From contig JBGUKB010000078.1 in NCBI GenBank assembly GCA_045114235.1, forward strand, positions 1,200 through 65,199: a stretch of 64,000 bases of DNA, in the 5' to 3' direction. This document shows positions 49,293-59,271 of this stretch, piece after piece. Position 1 is the stretch's first letter; each line of letters opens with the position of its first letter. Origin of the DNA: Victivallales bacterium (GTDB lineage: Bacteria > Verrucomicrobiota > Lentisphaeria > Victivallales > UBA1829). The translations under genes and the position numbers were made by a program. The notes under the pieces are model-generated. The model was not told where the DNA came from, made no database searches, and worked only from the letters and a program-made list of their open reading frames with translations.

Positions 49293-51014
49293 TCAGTATG
49301 CTCTTTCCTGATTGTTTTCCATGAAGTTCACCAGCGCGCGGTTCGCCGTGCGGATGCCGCCGGGCGTGGGGTAGTCCCCCGTGAAATACCAGTCGCCGGG
49401 GTAGTCCGGGCAGCACGAATGCAGCGCCTCGACGGTCTGGTAGACGACCTTGAGTTCCGCCTTGAGTCCGGGCGGCGTGAGAAGACGCGCGATCTCCCTG
49501 TAGAGTTCTTCCTCGTCGACCGCGTCGTATATCTCGCGCATGTGGTTTTCGTTGGGCGCCGCGCCGGACAGCACTTTCCGCGCCGCTTCGCAGGCGCGGT
49601 TCAGCACGTCTTCGCGTCCGGTGCGCCGCAGGATCGCGACCGCCGCCTGAAACGCCGCCAGATCGCCCGCGCACGCCATGTCGATGCCGTAGCAGTCGGG
49701 GTATTTGACCGGGGGCGCGGAGCTCGCCACGATAATGCGTTTCGGGCAGAGGCGGTCGAGGATCGGCAGGATCGCGTTGCGCATGGTGTTGCCGCGCACG
49801 ATGGAGTCGTCCAGCACGACCAGCGTGTCCACGCCCGGCCGGATCAGCCCGTAGGTCACGTCGTAGACGTGCATGTAGAGCTCGCGGCGGCTGTCGGCGT
49901 CGGCGATGAACGTGCGGAATTTCGCGTCCTTGATCGCGATCTCGCCGAAGCGCACGTTGCGGTCCTGATGCGCCGCCATCGTGAAGAGCGTTTCGAGCAT
50001 GCCGTGGTAACTGACGCGCGCGGAGTTCGGGATATAGCTGAAGAACGTCGTGTCGAAATCGTTGTCCGCCGCCTGAAGCACCGCCGGGACAAGCGACTTG
50101 CCGAGGCGTTTGCGTTCGCGGTGGATGTCCGCGTCGTTCGGGCGCGAGAAATAGATGCGTTCGAAGACGCAGCTGCGGCGTTCCGCGGGCTCCAGGCAGT
50201 CGAGGATCTCCACGCCGCCGTCCGCACGCGCGACCACCGCCTTGCCCGGCGGGACCTCCATGACTTCGGATGTGGCGCAGTCGAACGCCGCCTGGATCGC
50301 GGGGCGTTCGCTCGCCGCCGCAAACACTTCATCGTCAAAATAAAAATATCCGGGACGTATCGCATGGGGGTCCCGGATCACAAATGCATCGCCCGCGCCG
50401 TTGATGCCGCAGAGCGTGAACGCGCCGTCGAGGCCGTTCAAAGCCTGTCGGAGAATCTTCGCCCAGTCCGGCGAACCGGGGTGAAGATTGGAGTCCTGTT
50501 CCAGATAGTGCGCGATGATCTGGAGGATCAGGTAGCCGTCCGCGCGGCTCTTCGGATGGTGCCCCAGGCGCAGGAACTTTTCGAAGAGTTCGTTCGCGGA
50601 CGTGAGATTGAAATTGCCCGCCAGCAGCAGGGTCCGCCGCAGGCAGTTCGAATCGTGCACGAACGGATGGCAGGCGGACACCTCGTCCCGTCCGTACGTC
50701 GCGTAGCGCAGATGCCCGAGCAGGAGCCCGCCGTCGAATCCCGGCGCGCCGGCGCACCGTCCGAGCAGGTCGGCCAGCGGATCTTCCGAGGCGGCGGAAC
50801 GCTCCACGCGATACGCGGGAAGTCCGGGTTCCGGATTGAGATACAGCGACGCGATCCCGGCGCCGTCCTGTCCGCGGTTGTGCTGTTTTTCGAGCAGGAG
50901 CGCCATCTTGCTGAATCCGTAGTCGGCGCTGCCGTACTTGCTGAAATAGTATTCCTGCGGCTTGCGAAGCCGGAGCAGCGCGACCGCGCATTCGTGTTTG
51001 ACCGCATCAGACAT
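49293..51014 (-). CDS. purF: Amidophosphoribosyltransferase, long class-II glutamine amidotransferase form
   Basis: Ntn-type KHECAVALLRL N-terminus and PRTase motif LVVLDDSIVRGNT. AAGGAG RBS before the ATG at 51014. The track start at 51113 is upstream of the promoter motif. Confidence 0.8.
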   Translation of the reverse strand: MSDAVKHECAVALLRLRKPQEYYFSKYGSADYGFSKMALLLEKQHNRGQDGAGIASLYLNPEPGLPAYRVERSAASEDPLADLLGRCAGAPGFDGGLLLGHLRYATYGRDEVSACHPFVHDSNCLRRTLLLAGNFNLTSANELFEKFLRLGHHPKSRADGYLILQIIAHYLEQDSNLHPGSPDWAKILRQALNGLDGAFTLCGINGAGDAFVIRDPHAIRPGYFYFDDEVFAAASERPAIQAAFDCATSEVMEVPPGKAVVARADGGVEILDCLEPAERRSCVFERIYFSRPNDADIHRERKRLGKSLVPAVLQAADNDFDTTFFSYIPNSARVSYHGMLETLFTMAAHQDRNVRFGEIAIKDAKFRTFIADADSRRELYMHVYDVTYGLIRPGVDTLVVLDDSIVRGNTMRNAILPILDRLCPKRIIVASSAPPVKYPDCYGIDMACAGDLAAFQAAVAILRRTGREDVLNRACEAARKVLSGAAPNENHMREIYDAVDEEELYREIARLLTPPGLKAELKVVYQTVEALHSCCPDYPGDWYFTGDYPTPGGIRTANRALVNFMENNQERAY

Positions 51015-51071
51015 TGCGGTACTCCTTTCCGTGCGGATTTGTTTTTTTGATTCTTTTTCCGAGTATTGACA

Positions 51072-51087
51072 AGCATAAAACATGCCA
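51072..51087 (-). promoter_or_regulatory. Sigma54-type promoter TGGCAT-N5-ATGCT upstream of purF-carA-pyrG-carB
   Basis: Minus strand TTGGCATGTTTTATGCTT, with correct GG-N10-GC spacing, about 57 nt upstream of the purF ATG. Confidence 0.55.
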
Positions 51088-51200
51088 AACGGCTTTGAGG
51101 CGGGAACCGGCAAACAATTGTTACATTTTTTGTAACCGCCGAATTACATGATTACAAAACCTGTAAAACAGAAGCGCGGTCTTTCCGTTGAATGAAATGT

Positions 51201-51216
51201 TGGCACGGGATTTGCT
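51201..51216 (+). promoter_or_regulatory. Sigma54 promoter TGGCACGGGATTTGCT upstream of gltBD
   Basis: Full match to TGGCAC-N5-TTGCW. About 30 nt upstream of the gltB ATG. Confidence 0.8.
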
Positions 51217-51246
51217 TAACCCCTGCTGATTTATACCAAAAAATCA

Positions 51247-54200
51247 ATGAAGAAAGGCAAAAACATGGAACAGCAAATTTTCCGACAGCAACCGCAGGGA
51301 CTTTACGACCCGCGACAGGAACACGACGCGTGCGGCGTCGGCATGGTCGCCGACCTGAACGGGCGTGCATCGCACGATATAGTTAAGAAAGGTATAACCA
51401 TTCTGTGCCGCCTGATGCACCGCGGCGCGGCGGGAAGCGACCCGGAGACCGGTGACGGCGCGGGCCTGCTGCTCTCCATGCCGGACGTATTTTTCCGTGC
51501 GAAATCCGGCGTGAAGAAACTGCCCGAAGCAGGCAAGTACGCCGTGGCGATGATCTTCGGCGGACTCGGCGCGGAAAAGGACGTTGAAGAGGTCATCCGC
51601 GCGGAAGGCGGCGGCGTCCTCGGCTGGCGCGAAGTCCCGGTCGTGCCGGAGAAGATCGGCCGTACCGCCCGGAAGAACATGCCGGTGATCCGCCAGCTCT
51701 TCATCGACGGGAAAAACTTCGAGGACAACGCGGCGTTCGAACGCAAGCTCTTCGTGATGCGCCGCCTGATCGAAAAGCGCAAACTGGACCTTTACATCTG
51801 CAGCATGTCGTCGCGCAACATCGTGTACAAAGGCCTGCTGCTGGCGACCCAGCTGGAACAGTTCTATCCCGACCTCGACGACGAGCTGTTCCGTTCGCGC
51901 CTCGCGATCGTGCACCAGCGCTACAGCACGAACACCTTCCCGACGTGGCAGCTGGCGCATCCTTTCCGCTACCTGGCGCACAACGGCGAGATCAACACCC
52001 TGCGCGGCAACCTGAACGCCATGAAGGCGCGCGAACACCTCCTGAAAAGCCCGCTCTTCGGCGACGACCTCGCGAAGCTTCTCCCGCTGATCGAACCCGG
52101 CCAGAGCGATTCTGCCTCGCTCGACAATATGTTCGAACTGCTCGTCGCCGCGGGGCGTTCCCCGGAACACGCCATGCTGATGCTGATCCCGCAGGCGTGG
52201 GGCGCGAAATATTATATGGGACGCGACGTGCGCGGCTTCTTCGAATACCACTCCGCGCTCATGGAACCGTGGGACGGACCCGCGGCGATCGCGTTCTCCG
52301 ACGGCGTGAACGCGGGCGCGATCCTGGACCGCAATGGCCTGCGTCCGGCGCGTTACACAAAATGTAAAGACGGTCTTTTCGTGCTCGCGAGCGAGACCGG
52401 CGTGCTGGACATCCCCGCCGAGGACGTGGAGCTGAAAGGCCGCCTGAAACCCGGCGAGATCATCCTGCTGGATATGGAAAATCACCGCATCGTGCCGGAT
52501 TCCGAGGTCAAGAACCGTCTGGCGCGCAGCAAACCGTACCGCCGCTGGGTCGAGGAAAACCGCCTCTCCGTGCACGGGCTCTTCACCGACATCACCGCCT
52601 CGCGCCCGGTGGAGGACCTGACGGCGAAACAGCGTTTCTTCGGGTACACCCGTGAGGACATGGACGTGATCCTGAAGCCGATGGCGATCCAGGGCAAGGA
52701 GCCGGTCGGGTCGATGGGCAACGACGCCGCGCTCGCCGTGCTCTCCGAACGTCCGCAGCTGCTCTTCCAGTATTTCAAACAGCTTTTCGCGCAGGTCACG
52801 AACCCGCCGATCGACCCGATCCGCGAGGAGCTCGTGATGAGCCTGATGACCTACATCGGCAACAAGGGCAACATCCTGGACGAGACGCCCGAACACGCCC
52901 GCCTCATCAAGCTCCGCCGCCCGGTCCTGACCGACGACGAGCTCCGCCAGCTTCAGAACTTCGGCGTGCAGGGGTATCATTCGCATGTCCTGAGCTGCGG
53001 ATTCCCGGCGAAGAGCGGGGAAGCCGCATTGCGCGACGCCCTGAAAAAGCTCGCCGAGGAAGCGGTCGCCGCGGCGAAGGCGGGCGAACACATCCTGATC
53101 CTGTCCGACCGCGATCTGCAGCAGGGACAGGCCGCGATCCCGAGCCTGCTCTCCTGTTCCGCCGTGAACCGCGCGCTGGTCGACGCCGGGCTCCGTCCGG
53201 AAACCGGCCTGATCGTGCAGTCCGGCGAAGTGCGCGAGGTGATGCACTTCGCGCTGCTGCTGGGCTACGGCGCGACCGCGATCAATCCGTACCTCGCGCT
53301 CGCCACGGTGTCCGCTCTGGCGAACTCCGGCGCGATCAACCTCGACCCTGTGACCGCCGCCAGCAATTACATCAAGGCGGTCGACAAGGGTCTCCTGAAG
53401 ATCATGTCCAAGCTCGGCATCTCCACGCTCCGCAGCTACCGTTCCGCGCAGGCGTTCGAGGCGGTCGGCCTGAATCCCGAATTCCTGCAGGAATTCCTCC
53501 CCGGCACGGCCAGCCGCGTCGGCGGCATCGGACTCGCCGAGATCGCCCATGAAGCCGTCCTGCGCGCTTCCGCCGCGGAAGCCGCCGAATCCCCGCTGCT
53601 CCCTGGCGGCGGCCAGTACCGTTACCGCAAGGACGGCGAGGCGCACCTCTGGACGCCGGAATCGCTGAGCACGTTCCGTCAGGCGGTGCAGACCGGCGAC
53701 TACAATAAGTTCAAGGAATACAGCCGCATGATCGACGACCAGGCGCACCACCTGTGCACTCTACGCGGCCTGTTCCAGTTCAAAAAGAAACGCGCGATCT
53801 CCATTAACGACGTCGAAAGCGTCGAAAGCATCCTGAAGCGCTTCGTCTCCGGCGCGATGAGCCTCGGCTCCCTCAGCCCGGAGGCGCACGAGACCATCGC
53901 GAAGGCGATGAACGCGGTCGGCGCGATGAGCAACAGCGGCGAAGGCGGCGAGAACGCCGAACGCTTCGGCACCGAGTTCAACTCCGCCATCAAGCAGGTC
54001 GCCAGCGGACGGTTCGGCGTCACGATCGAATATCTCCGCAACGCCCGCGACATCCAGATCAAGATGGCGCAGGGAGCCAAGCCCGGCGAGGGCGGCCAGC
54101 TGCCCGGCCACAAGGTCAACGAATTCGTCGCGAAGATCCGTCACGCCATGCCCGGAGTCACGCTCATCTCCCCGCCGCCTCACCACGACATCTACTCCAT

Positions 54201-55680
54201 CGAGGACCTCGCGCAGCTCATTTACGACCTCCGCAACGCCAATCCGAAGGCGCGCATCTCCGTGAAGCTCGTTTCCGAACTCGGCGTCGGCACGGTCGCC
54301 GCGGGCGTCGCCAAGGCGCATGCCGACGTGGTGCTGGTCTCCGGCCACGACGGCGGCACCGGCGCGTCCCCGCTCACCAGCATCAAGCACGCCGGACTCC
54401 CGTGGGAACTCGGCGTGGCGGAAGCCCAGCAGACGCTCGTGCTGAACGGCCTGCGCGGCAAGATCAAGCTCCAGGTGGACGGCCAGCTGAAGACCGGACG
54501 CGACGTCGTCATAGCCGCCCTGCTCGGCGCGGAGGAATTCGGGTTCGCCACCACGATCCTCGTCTGCATCGGCTGCGTGATGATGCGCCAGTGCCACAGC
54601 AACACCTGCCCGATGGGCGTCGCCACACAGGATCCCGAGCTCCGCAAGCGTTTCGCGGGCAAGCCCGAATACATCATCAACTTCCTGCGGTTCATCGCGC
54701 AGGAGGTCCGCGAATATCTCGCCGCGCTCGGACTGCATTCGCTGGAGGAGGCGTGCGGACGTTCCGACCTGCTCGAAACGAACCACGCGGTCGATTTCTA
54801 CAAGACCATCCGCCTCGATTTCGGCAAGATCTTCGAACGGGTCAAGGGCGGCGCGGTGCATTTCGACGCGAACGAAGCGCCGTACGAGCTCGTCAATTTC
54901 GACCGCCGCGCCATCCTGCCGAAGCTGAAACTGAACGGCAAAAAGGAAAGCATTTCCGCCGTCATCACGAACTCCGACCGCACCGCGGGCGCGGAACTTG
55001 CCGGGATCGTGGCGGAGAAGTTCGGCGAAAACAAACTCGCCGAAGATACGATCCAGGTCAACCTCACGGGCGTCGCCGGACAGAGTTTCGGCGCGTTCCT
55101 GCCGAAGGGCGTCACGCTCCGCCTCGAGGGCGAGGCGAACGACTTCGTCGGCAAGGGCCTCTCCGGCGGCAAGATCGTGATCCGTCCGCCCGAAAACGCG
55201 GGCTACGACGCTGAGAACAACGTGATCGCCGGAAACGTGATCGGGTACGGCGGCACCTCCGGCAAGATCTTCCTCTACGGCATCGCGGGCGAACGCTTCG
55301 CCATCCGCAACAGCGGCATGACGCTCGTCGCCGAAGGCGTGGGCGACCACGGTTGCGAATACATGACCGGCGGCCGCGTGGTCGTGCTCGGACACGTGGG
55401 CGTGAACTTCGCCGCGGGCATGACCGGCGGCCTGGCGTACATCTACGACGAGAAGGGCCATTTCGACCTCAGCTGCAGCACGGACGGCATCGACCTGGAA
55501 AGCATCGAGTCCGGCACCGAAGCCGAGCATGAGCTCAAGTCCCTGCTGGAGGAATACTTCCACGAGACCGGAAGCAAGAAGGCCGCGCGCATGCTCTCCG
55601 ACTGGGAGCAGTACCGCCCGAAATTCGTCCGCATCTTCCCCGTCGAATACCGCAACGCGCTCGCACGCGCCGCCCGCTGA
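51247..55680 (+). CDS. gltB: Glutamate synthase large subunit
   Basis: Ntn Cys in EHDACGVGMV, plus FMN and GXGXG domains, 1477 aa. The alternative start at 51265 has a better SD (GAAAGG). Confidence 0.97.
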   Translation: MKKGKNMEQQIFRQQPQGLYDPRQEHDACGVGMVADLNGRASHDIVKKGITILCRLMHRGAAGSDPETGDGAGLLLSMPDVFFRAKSGVKKLPEAGKYAVAMIFGGLGAEKDVEEVIRAEGGGVLGWREVPVVPEKIGRTARKNMPVIRQLFIDGKNFEDNAAFERKLFVMRRLIEKRKLDLYICSMSSRNIVYKGLLLATQLEQFYPDLDDELFRSRLAIVHQRYSTNTFPTWQLAHPFRYLAHNGEINTLRGNLNAMKAREHLLKSPLFGDDLAKLLPLIEPGQSDSASLDNMFELLVAAGRSPEHAMLMLIPQAWGAKYYMGRDVRGFFEYHSALMEPWDGPAAIAFSDGVNAGAILDRNGLRPARYTKCKDGLFVLASETGVLDIPAEDVELKGRLKPGEIILLDMENHRIVPDSEVKNRLARSKPYRRWVEENRLSVHGLFTDITASRPVEDLTAKQRFFGYTREDMDVILKPMAIQGKEPVGSMGNDAALAVLSERPQLLFQYFKQLFAQVTNPPIDPIREELVMSLMTYIGNKGNILDETPEHARLIKLRRPVLTDDELRQLQNFGVQGYHSHVLSCGFPAKSGEAALRDALKKLAEEAVAAAKAGEHILILSDRDLQQGQAAIPSLLSCSAVNRALVDAGLRPETGLIVQSGEVREVMHFALLLGYGATAINPYLALATVSALANSGAINLDPVTAASNYIKAVDKGLLKIMSKLGISTLRSYRSAQAFEAVGLNPEFLQEFLPGTASRVGGIGLAEIAHEAVLRASAAEAAESPLLPGGGQYRYRKDGEAHLWTPESLSTFRQAVQTGDYNKFKEYSRMIDDQAHHLCTLRGLFQFKKKRAISINDVESVESILKRFVSGAMSLGSLSPEAHETIAKAMNAVGAMSNSGEGGENAERFGTEFNSAIKQVASGRFGVTIEYLRNARDIQIKMAQGAKPGEGGQLPGHKVNEFVAKIRHAMPGVTLISPPPHHDIYSIEDLAQLIYDLRNANPKARISVKLVSELGVGTVAAGVAKAHADVVLVSGHDGGTGASPLTSIKHAGLPWELGVAEAQQTLVLNGLRGKIKLQVDGQLKTGRDVVIAALLGAEEFGFATTILVCIGCVMMRQCHSNTCPMGVATQDPELRKRFAGKPEYIINFLRFIAQEVREYLAALGLHSLEEACGRSDLLETNHAVDFYKTIRLDFGKIFERVKGGAVHFDANEAPYELVNFDRRAILPKLKLNGKKESISAVITNSDRTAGAELAGIVAEKFGENKLAEDTIQVNLTGVAGQSFGAFLPKGVTLRLEGEANDFVGKGLSGGKIVIRPPENAGYDAENNVIAGNVIGYGGTSGKIFLYGIAGERFAIRNSGMTLVAEGVGDHGCEYMTGGRVVVLGHVGVNFAAGMTGGLAYIYDEKGHFDLSCSTDGIDLESIESGTEAEHELKSLLEEYFHETGSKKAARMLSDWEQYRPKFVRIFPVEYRNALARAAR

Positions 55681-55698
55681 GAAAGGAGCAACCTGACT

Positions 55699-57078
55699 AT
55701 GATCGAACGCATTCACGATATCTACCGCCCCGCGGACGAACGCGTCCGCGATTTCAACGAAGTCGAAGTACGCCTCGCCCCGGAGCAGGTCCGCGAGCAG
55801 ATGCTCCGCTGCCACAACTGCGGCGTCCCCTTCTGTCACGGCGCGGGCTGTCCGCTCGGAAATGTGATCCCCGACTTCAACAGCGCCGCCGCGGACGGCG
55901 ACTGGCTGGCCGCCTGGCGCATCCTCTCCGAGACCAGTTTCTTCCCCGAGTTCACCTGCCGCATCTGCCCCGCTTTGTGCGAAGGCGCCTGCTGCAACGG
56001 CGTCAACGACGACCCCGTGATGGTGCGCCAGTGCGAAAAAGTCATCGTCGAGACCGCCTTCGAAAACGGCTGGGTGAAGCCGGTCGTCCCCGCGGTCCGC
56101 AACGGCAAGCGCATCGCCGTCGTCGGCAGCGGCCCGTCCGGCCTGTACGCCGCCGAGGCGCTGAACCGCGCAGGATTCAGTGTCAAGGTCTTCGAAGCGA
56201 ACCACAAGCCCGGCGGACTCCTCCGCTACGGCATCCCCGATTTCAAGCTCGACAAACGCATCATCGACCGCCGCATCTCCCTCATGCGCCAGGCGGGGAT
56301 TGAATTCCAGACCGACTGCCGCATCGGGCTCGACGTCGCCGGGCAGTACCTGCTCCGCAACTACGACGCGGTCGTGCTCGCCACCGGCACCCCCTGCGCC
56401 CGCGACCTGAACATCCCCGGCCGCGACCTGGACGGCGTCCACTTTGCGCTCGAATTCCTGCAGGGACAGAACCGCGTGAACGACGGCGAGCTCCGCGCGC
56501 TCCCCGTCAGCGCGAAGGGCAAGCGCGTGCTCATCATCGGCGGCGGCGACACCGGCAGCGACTGCGCCGGGACCGCGATCCGCCAGGGTGCGGCGAGCGT
56601 GAAGCAGGTCGAAATCATGCCGATGCCGCCCGAGACGCGTTCCGCGTCCACTCCGTGGCCCGCCTGGCCGTGGATGCTCCGCACCAGCTCCAGCCACAAG
56701 GAAGGCTGCGAGCGCGAATGGAACGTGGCGAGCGACCGGTTCCTCGGCGAAAACGGCGTCCTGACCGGGGTCGAGGTGCATTCCGTCAAGTGGGAGACCA
56801 CGCCCGAAGGCAAACCGCTGAAGCCCATCGCGGTCGAAAACTCCACACGCGTCATCGAAGCCGACCTGATCCTGCTCGCCATGGGCTTCACCGGAGCCGA
56901 CCCGAAGGGACCCGCCGCCGATCTCAAGCTCAAATTGACGCCGCGCAACGGCCTGATCGCCGATCCCGAACGCCGCGTCTACACAGTGGGCGACTGCACC
57001 ACAGGCGCTTCGCTCGTGGTCCGCGCGATGGCGGACGCGAAGAAGACGGTTCAGGAAATCATCCGCGATTTAGCATGA
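55699..57078 (+). CDS. gltD: Glutamate synthase small (NADPH) subunit
   Basis: CHNCGVPFCH Fe-S motif and VVGSGPSGL dinucleotide fold. Confidence 0.95.
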   Translation: MIERIHDIYRPADERVRDFNEVEVRLAPEQVREQMLRCHNCGVPFCHGAGCPLGNVIPDFNSAAADGDWLAAWRILSETSFFPEFTCRICPALCEGACCNGVNDDPVMVRQCEKVIVETAFENGWVKPVVPAVRNGKRIAVVGSGPSGLYAAEALNRAGFSVKVFEANHKPGGLLRYGIPDFKLDKRIIDRRISLMRQAGIEFQTDCRIGLDVAGQYLLRNYDAVVLATGTPCARDLNIPGRDLDGVHFALEFLQGQNRVNDGELRALPVSAKGKRVLIIGGGDTGSDCAGTAIRQGAASVKQVEIMPMPPETRSASTPWPAWPWMLRTSSSHKEGCEREWNVASDRFLGENGVLTGVEVHSVKWETTPEGKPLKPIAVENSTRVIEADLILLAMGFTGADPKGPAADLKLKLTPRNGLIADPERRVYTVGDCTTGASLVVRAMADAKKTVQEIIRDLA

Positions 57079-57135
57079 TTTGGCATGTTTCAGAGAGATT
57101 TGACGCGAAACACGAAAGGAGATGGTGTTTTCCTC

Positions 57136-57164
57136 TTGATAAAACACGACCGAACATGTATATT
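57136..57164 (+). promoter_or_regulatory. Sigma70-type promoter TTGATA-N17-TATATT, 8 nt before the ATG (leaderless geometry)
   Basis: TTGATA 57136-57141, TATATT 57159-57164, ATG at 57173, no SD. Confidence 0.45.
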
Positions 57165-57172
57165 ATATCATC

Positions 57173-58702
57173 ATGAATAATCTCGCCAATCCGCAACTCC
57201 TCGTCATTCAGAAGGTCAGCTCGGTCATCACCCGTGAACGCGATGTACAGGCGCTCCTCGAAAGCGTCCTCTCCATCCTCGAAAGCGACATGGGCATGAT
57301 CCGGGGCACGTTCGCCCTGCTGTACGGCGATACCCTGAAGATTGAGGTCTCCTGCGGACTGGCGGAAACCGAGAAGAAGCTCGGCCACTACCGCATCGGC
57401 GAGGGCATCACCGGACACGTCGCCGAGACCGGGCACAGCCATGTGATCCCCGACATCAGGAGCGACAGCCGGTTCCTGAACCGCACGGGCGCACGGCATT
57501 ACACGGAACAGGTCGCATTCATCTGCGTCCCGCTGATCCACCACGAACACGTGATCGGCACGCTCTCCATCGACCGTCCCGTCCTCCCGGACACCGACCT
57601 CGACAGCGACGTCGCCTTCCTGGAGATCATCGCGAACATCACCGCCGACGCCGCGGCCGCCTGCGTAGAGATCCACGACGAACGCGAATCTCTCCTCGAA
57701 GAAAACCGCAAGCTCCGCAGCATGCTCCAAAAGGCTCCCGGCAAGATGATCGGCAATTGCCGCGAGATGCAGCTCGTTTACGAACAGCTCCAGCAAGTCG
57801 CCCCGTCCGACGCCACGGTCCTCATCCGAGGCGCGAGCGGCACCGGAAAGGAACTCCTCGCGCGCGCCATCGTGGAACTCTCCGGCCGCAAGGACAAGCC
57901 GTTCATCACGCTGAACTGCGCCGCCCTCCCGGAAAATCTCGTCGAAAGCGAGCTCTTCGGACACGAAAAAGGCGCGTTCACGGGCGCGGTCAGCCGCCGC
58001 ATCGGTCGCGCAGAAGCCGCAGACGGCGGCACGCTCTTCCTCGACGAGATCGGCGACCTGACCATGCAGACCCAGGTCAAACTCCTGCGTTTCCTCCAGG
58101 AACGCACCTTCTCCCGCGTCGGCAGCAACGAGGAGCTGCATTCCAACGTGCGATTCCTCGCCGCCACCAGCCGCAACCTCGAGGAGCTGATGGAGAAGAA
58201 GCTCTTCCGCGAGGACCTGTACTACCGCCTGAACATCTTCCCCATCATGATGCCGCCCCTCGCCCAGCGCAAGAGCGACATCATCCTGCTCGCCGAATAT
58301 TTCATCGAAAACCTGAACGTGAAGTACAATAAGGCGATCCGCAAGCTCTCGCCCGGCGCGATCCACCTGCTGATGAACTACAGCTGGCCCGGCAATGTCC
58401 GTGAGCTCGAAAACTGCATGGAGCGCGCCGTGCTCACCGCCACCGACGACTGCGTCCAGGCGCAGAACCTGCCGCCCTCGCTCCAGGCCGCCGGCGCGTC
58501 CTCCTCGGGATCGCCCGCCGCCGTGCTCGGCGACGATTCCTCCACGCTCGAAGTCCTGCTCGCCAACTACGAACGCCAAATCCTCCAGGACGCCATCCGC
58601 AAGAACGACGGCAATCTCTCCGCCGCCGGACGCAAGCTCGGCCTCTCCCCGCGCATGATGAACTACCGCATGAACCGCCTCGGCCTCAAAAAAGAGTCCT
58701 GA
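57173..58702 (+). CDS. Sigma54-dependent transcriptional activator, GAF - AAA+ - HTH (NifA-like architecture)
   Basis: N-terminal GAF domain, Walker A GASGTGKE, GAFTGA loop (GHEKGAFTGA), WPGNVRELEN, C-terminal Fis-type HTH. Confidence 0.92.
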   Translation: MNNLANPQLLVIQKVSSVITRERDVQALLESVLSILESDMGMIRGTFALLYGDTLKIEVSCGLAETEKKLGHYRIGEGITGHVAETGHSHVIPDIRSDSRFLNRTGARHYTEQVAFICVPLIHHEHVIGTLSIDRPVLPDTDLDSDVAFLEIIANITADAAAACVEIHDERESLLEENRKLRSMLQKAPGKMIGNCREMQLVYEQLQQVAPSDATVLIRGASGTGKELLARAIVELSGRKDKPFITLNCAALPENLVESELFGHEKGAFTGAVSRRIGRAEAADGGTLFLDEIGDLTMQTQVKLLRFLQERTFSRVGSNEELHSNVRFLAATSRNLEELMEKKLFREDLYYRLNIFPIMMPPLAQRKSDIILLAEYFIENLNVKYNKAIRKLSPGAIHLLMNYSWPGNVRELENCMERAVLTATDDCVQAQNLPPSLQAAGASSSGSPAAVLGDDSSTLEVLLANYERQILQDAIRKNDGNLSAAGRKLGLSPRMMNYRMNRLGLKKES

Positions 58703-58743
58703 CGCCCGGTTCAATCAAGCTCTAGTTGGGGCACTTTTTTCTT

Positions 58744-59271
58744 TTAAAATAAATCCGCCGCCTTTTTCACCGGGAGGATGAGGGCGAACTCGTAGTCGGG
58801 GTCGGCGGGGGTGCCGGGGGAATAGCTCTCGATGTCGATGCCGAGGCCATGATATTCCGGGTGGTTTTTCAGCCAAACGCCGTATGCGGCGGTATAAAGC
58901 TCCTGCAGAGAGTTCGACAGCGCGCCTTTGCGGCGGAATTCCGCCCAGTCGGATTCGGGGATCGTCAGGAGTTTCATGCCTTCCGGGACTGCGCCGCCCA
59001 GGTATTCGCCGCAGATCATGTATTCGAATTCATCCCGCCCCTCGCTTTGCAGACAGCGGCAGACGGCGTACTGGCCGATGCGGTTGTCGAACACGGCGTG
59101 TTCCTCCGGCGTTTCCGGCTTCATCGTCCGCAGCAGACGTTCGAACCGCTTCGAATACTGTTCGTTCCAGAACTCCGGGCACTTTGTAGGGCCCTCGTCG
59201 TGCCGGATGACGGTGGAGAAGCCGATGAATGTAAATTCGCTGCGATGCGTGACGACGGGCCGGATATCCAT
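58744..59271 (-). CDS. GyrI-like / AraC effector-binding-domain small-molecule-binding protein
   Basis: Typical length (~175 aa) and pattern (FTFIGFS..., YEFALILPVKK). ATG at 59271 chosen over the track start at 59358. Confidence 0.6.
   Translation of the reverse strand: MDIRPVVTHRSEFTFIGFSTVIRHDEGPTKCPEFWNEQYSKRFERLLRTMKPETPEEHAVFDNRIGQYAVCRCLQSEGRDEFEYMICGEYLGGAVPEGMKLLTIPESDWAEFRRKGALSNSLQELYTAAYGVWLKNHPEYHGLGIDIESYSPGTPADPDYEFALILPVKKAADLF

Noticed and set aside
57081-57096. TGGCATGTTTCAGAG upstream of the sigma54 activator gene, looking like a -24 element
   Set aside because: There is no GC at the -12 position (AG instead). A good sigma70-type promoter lies closer to the ATG.
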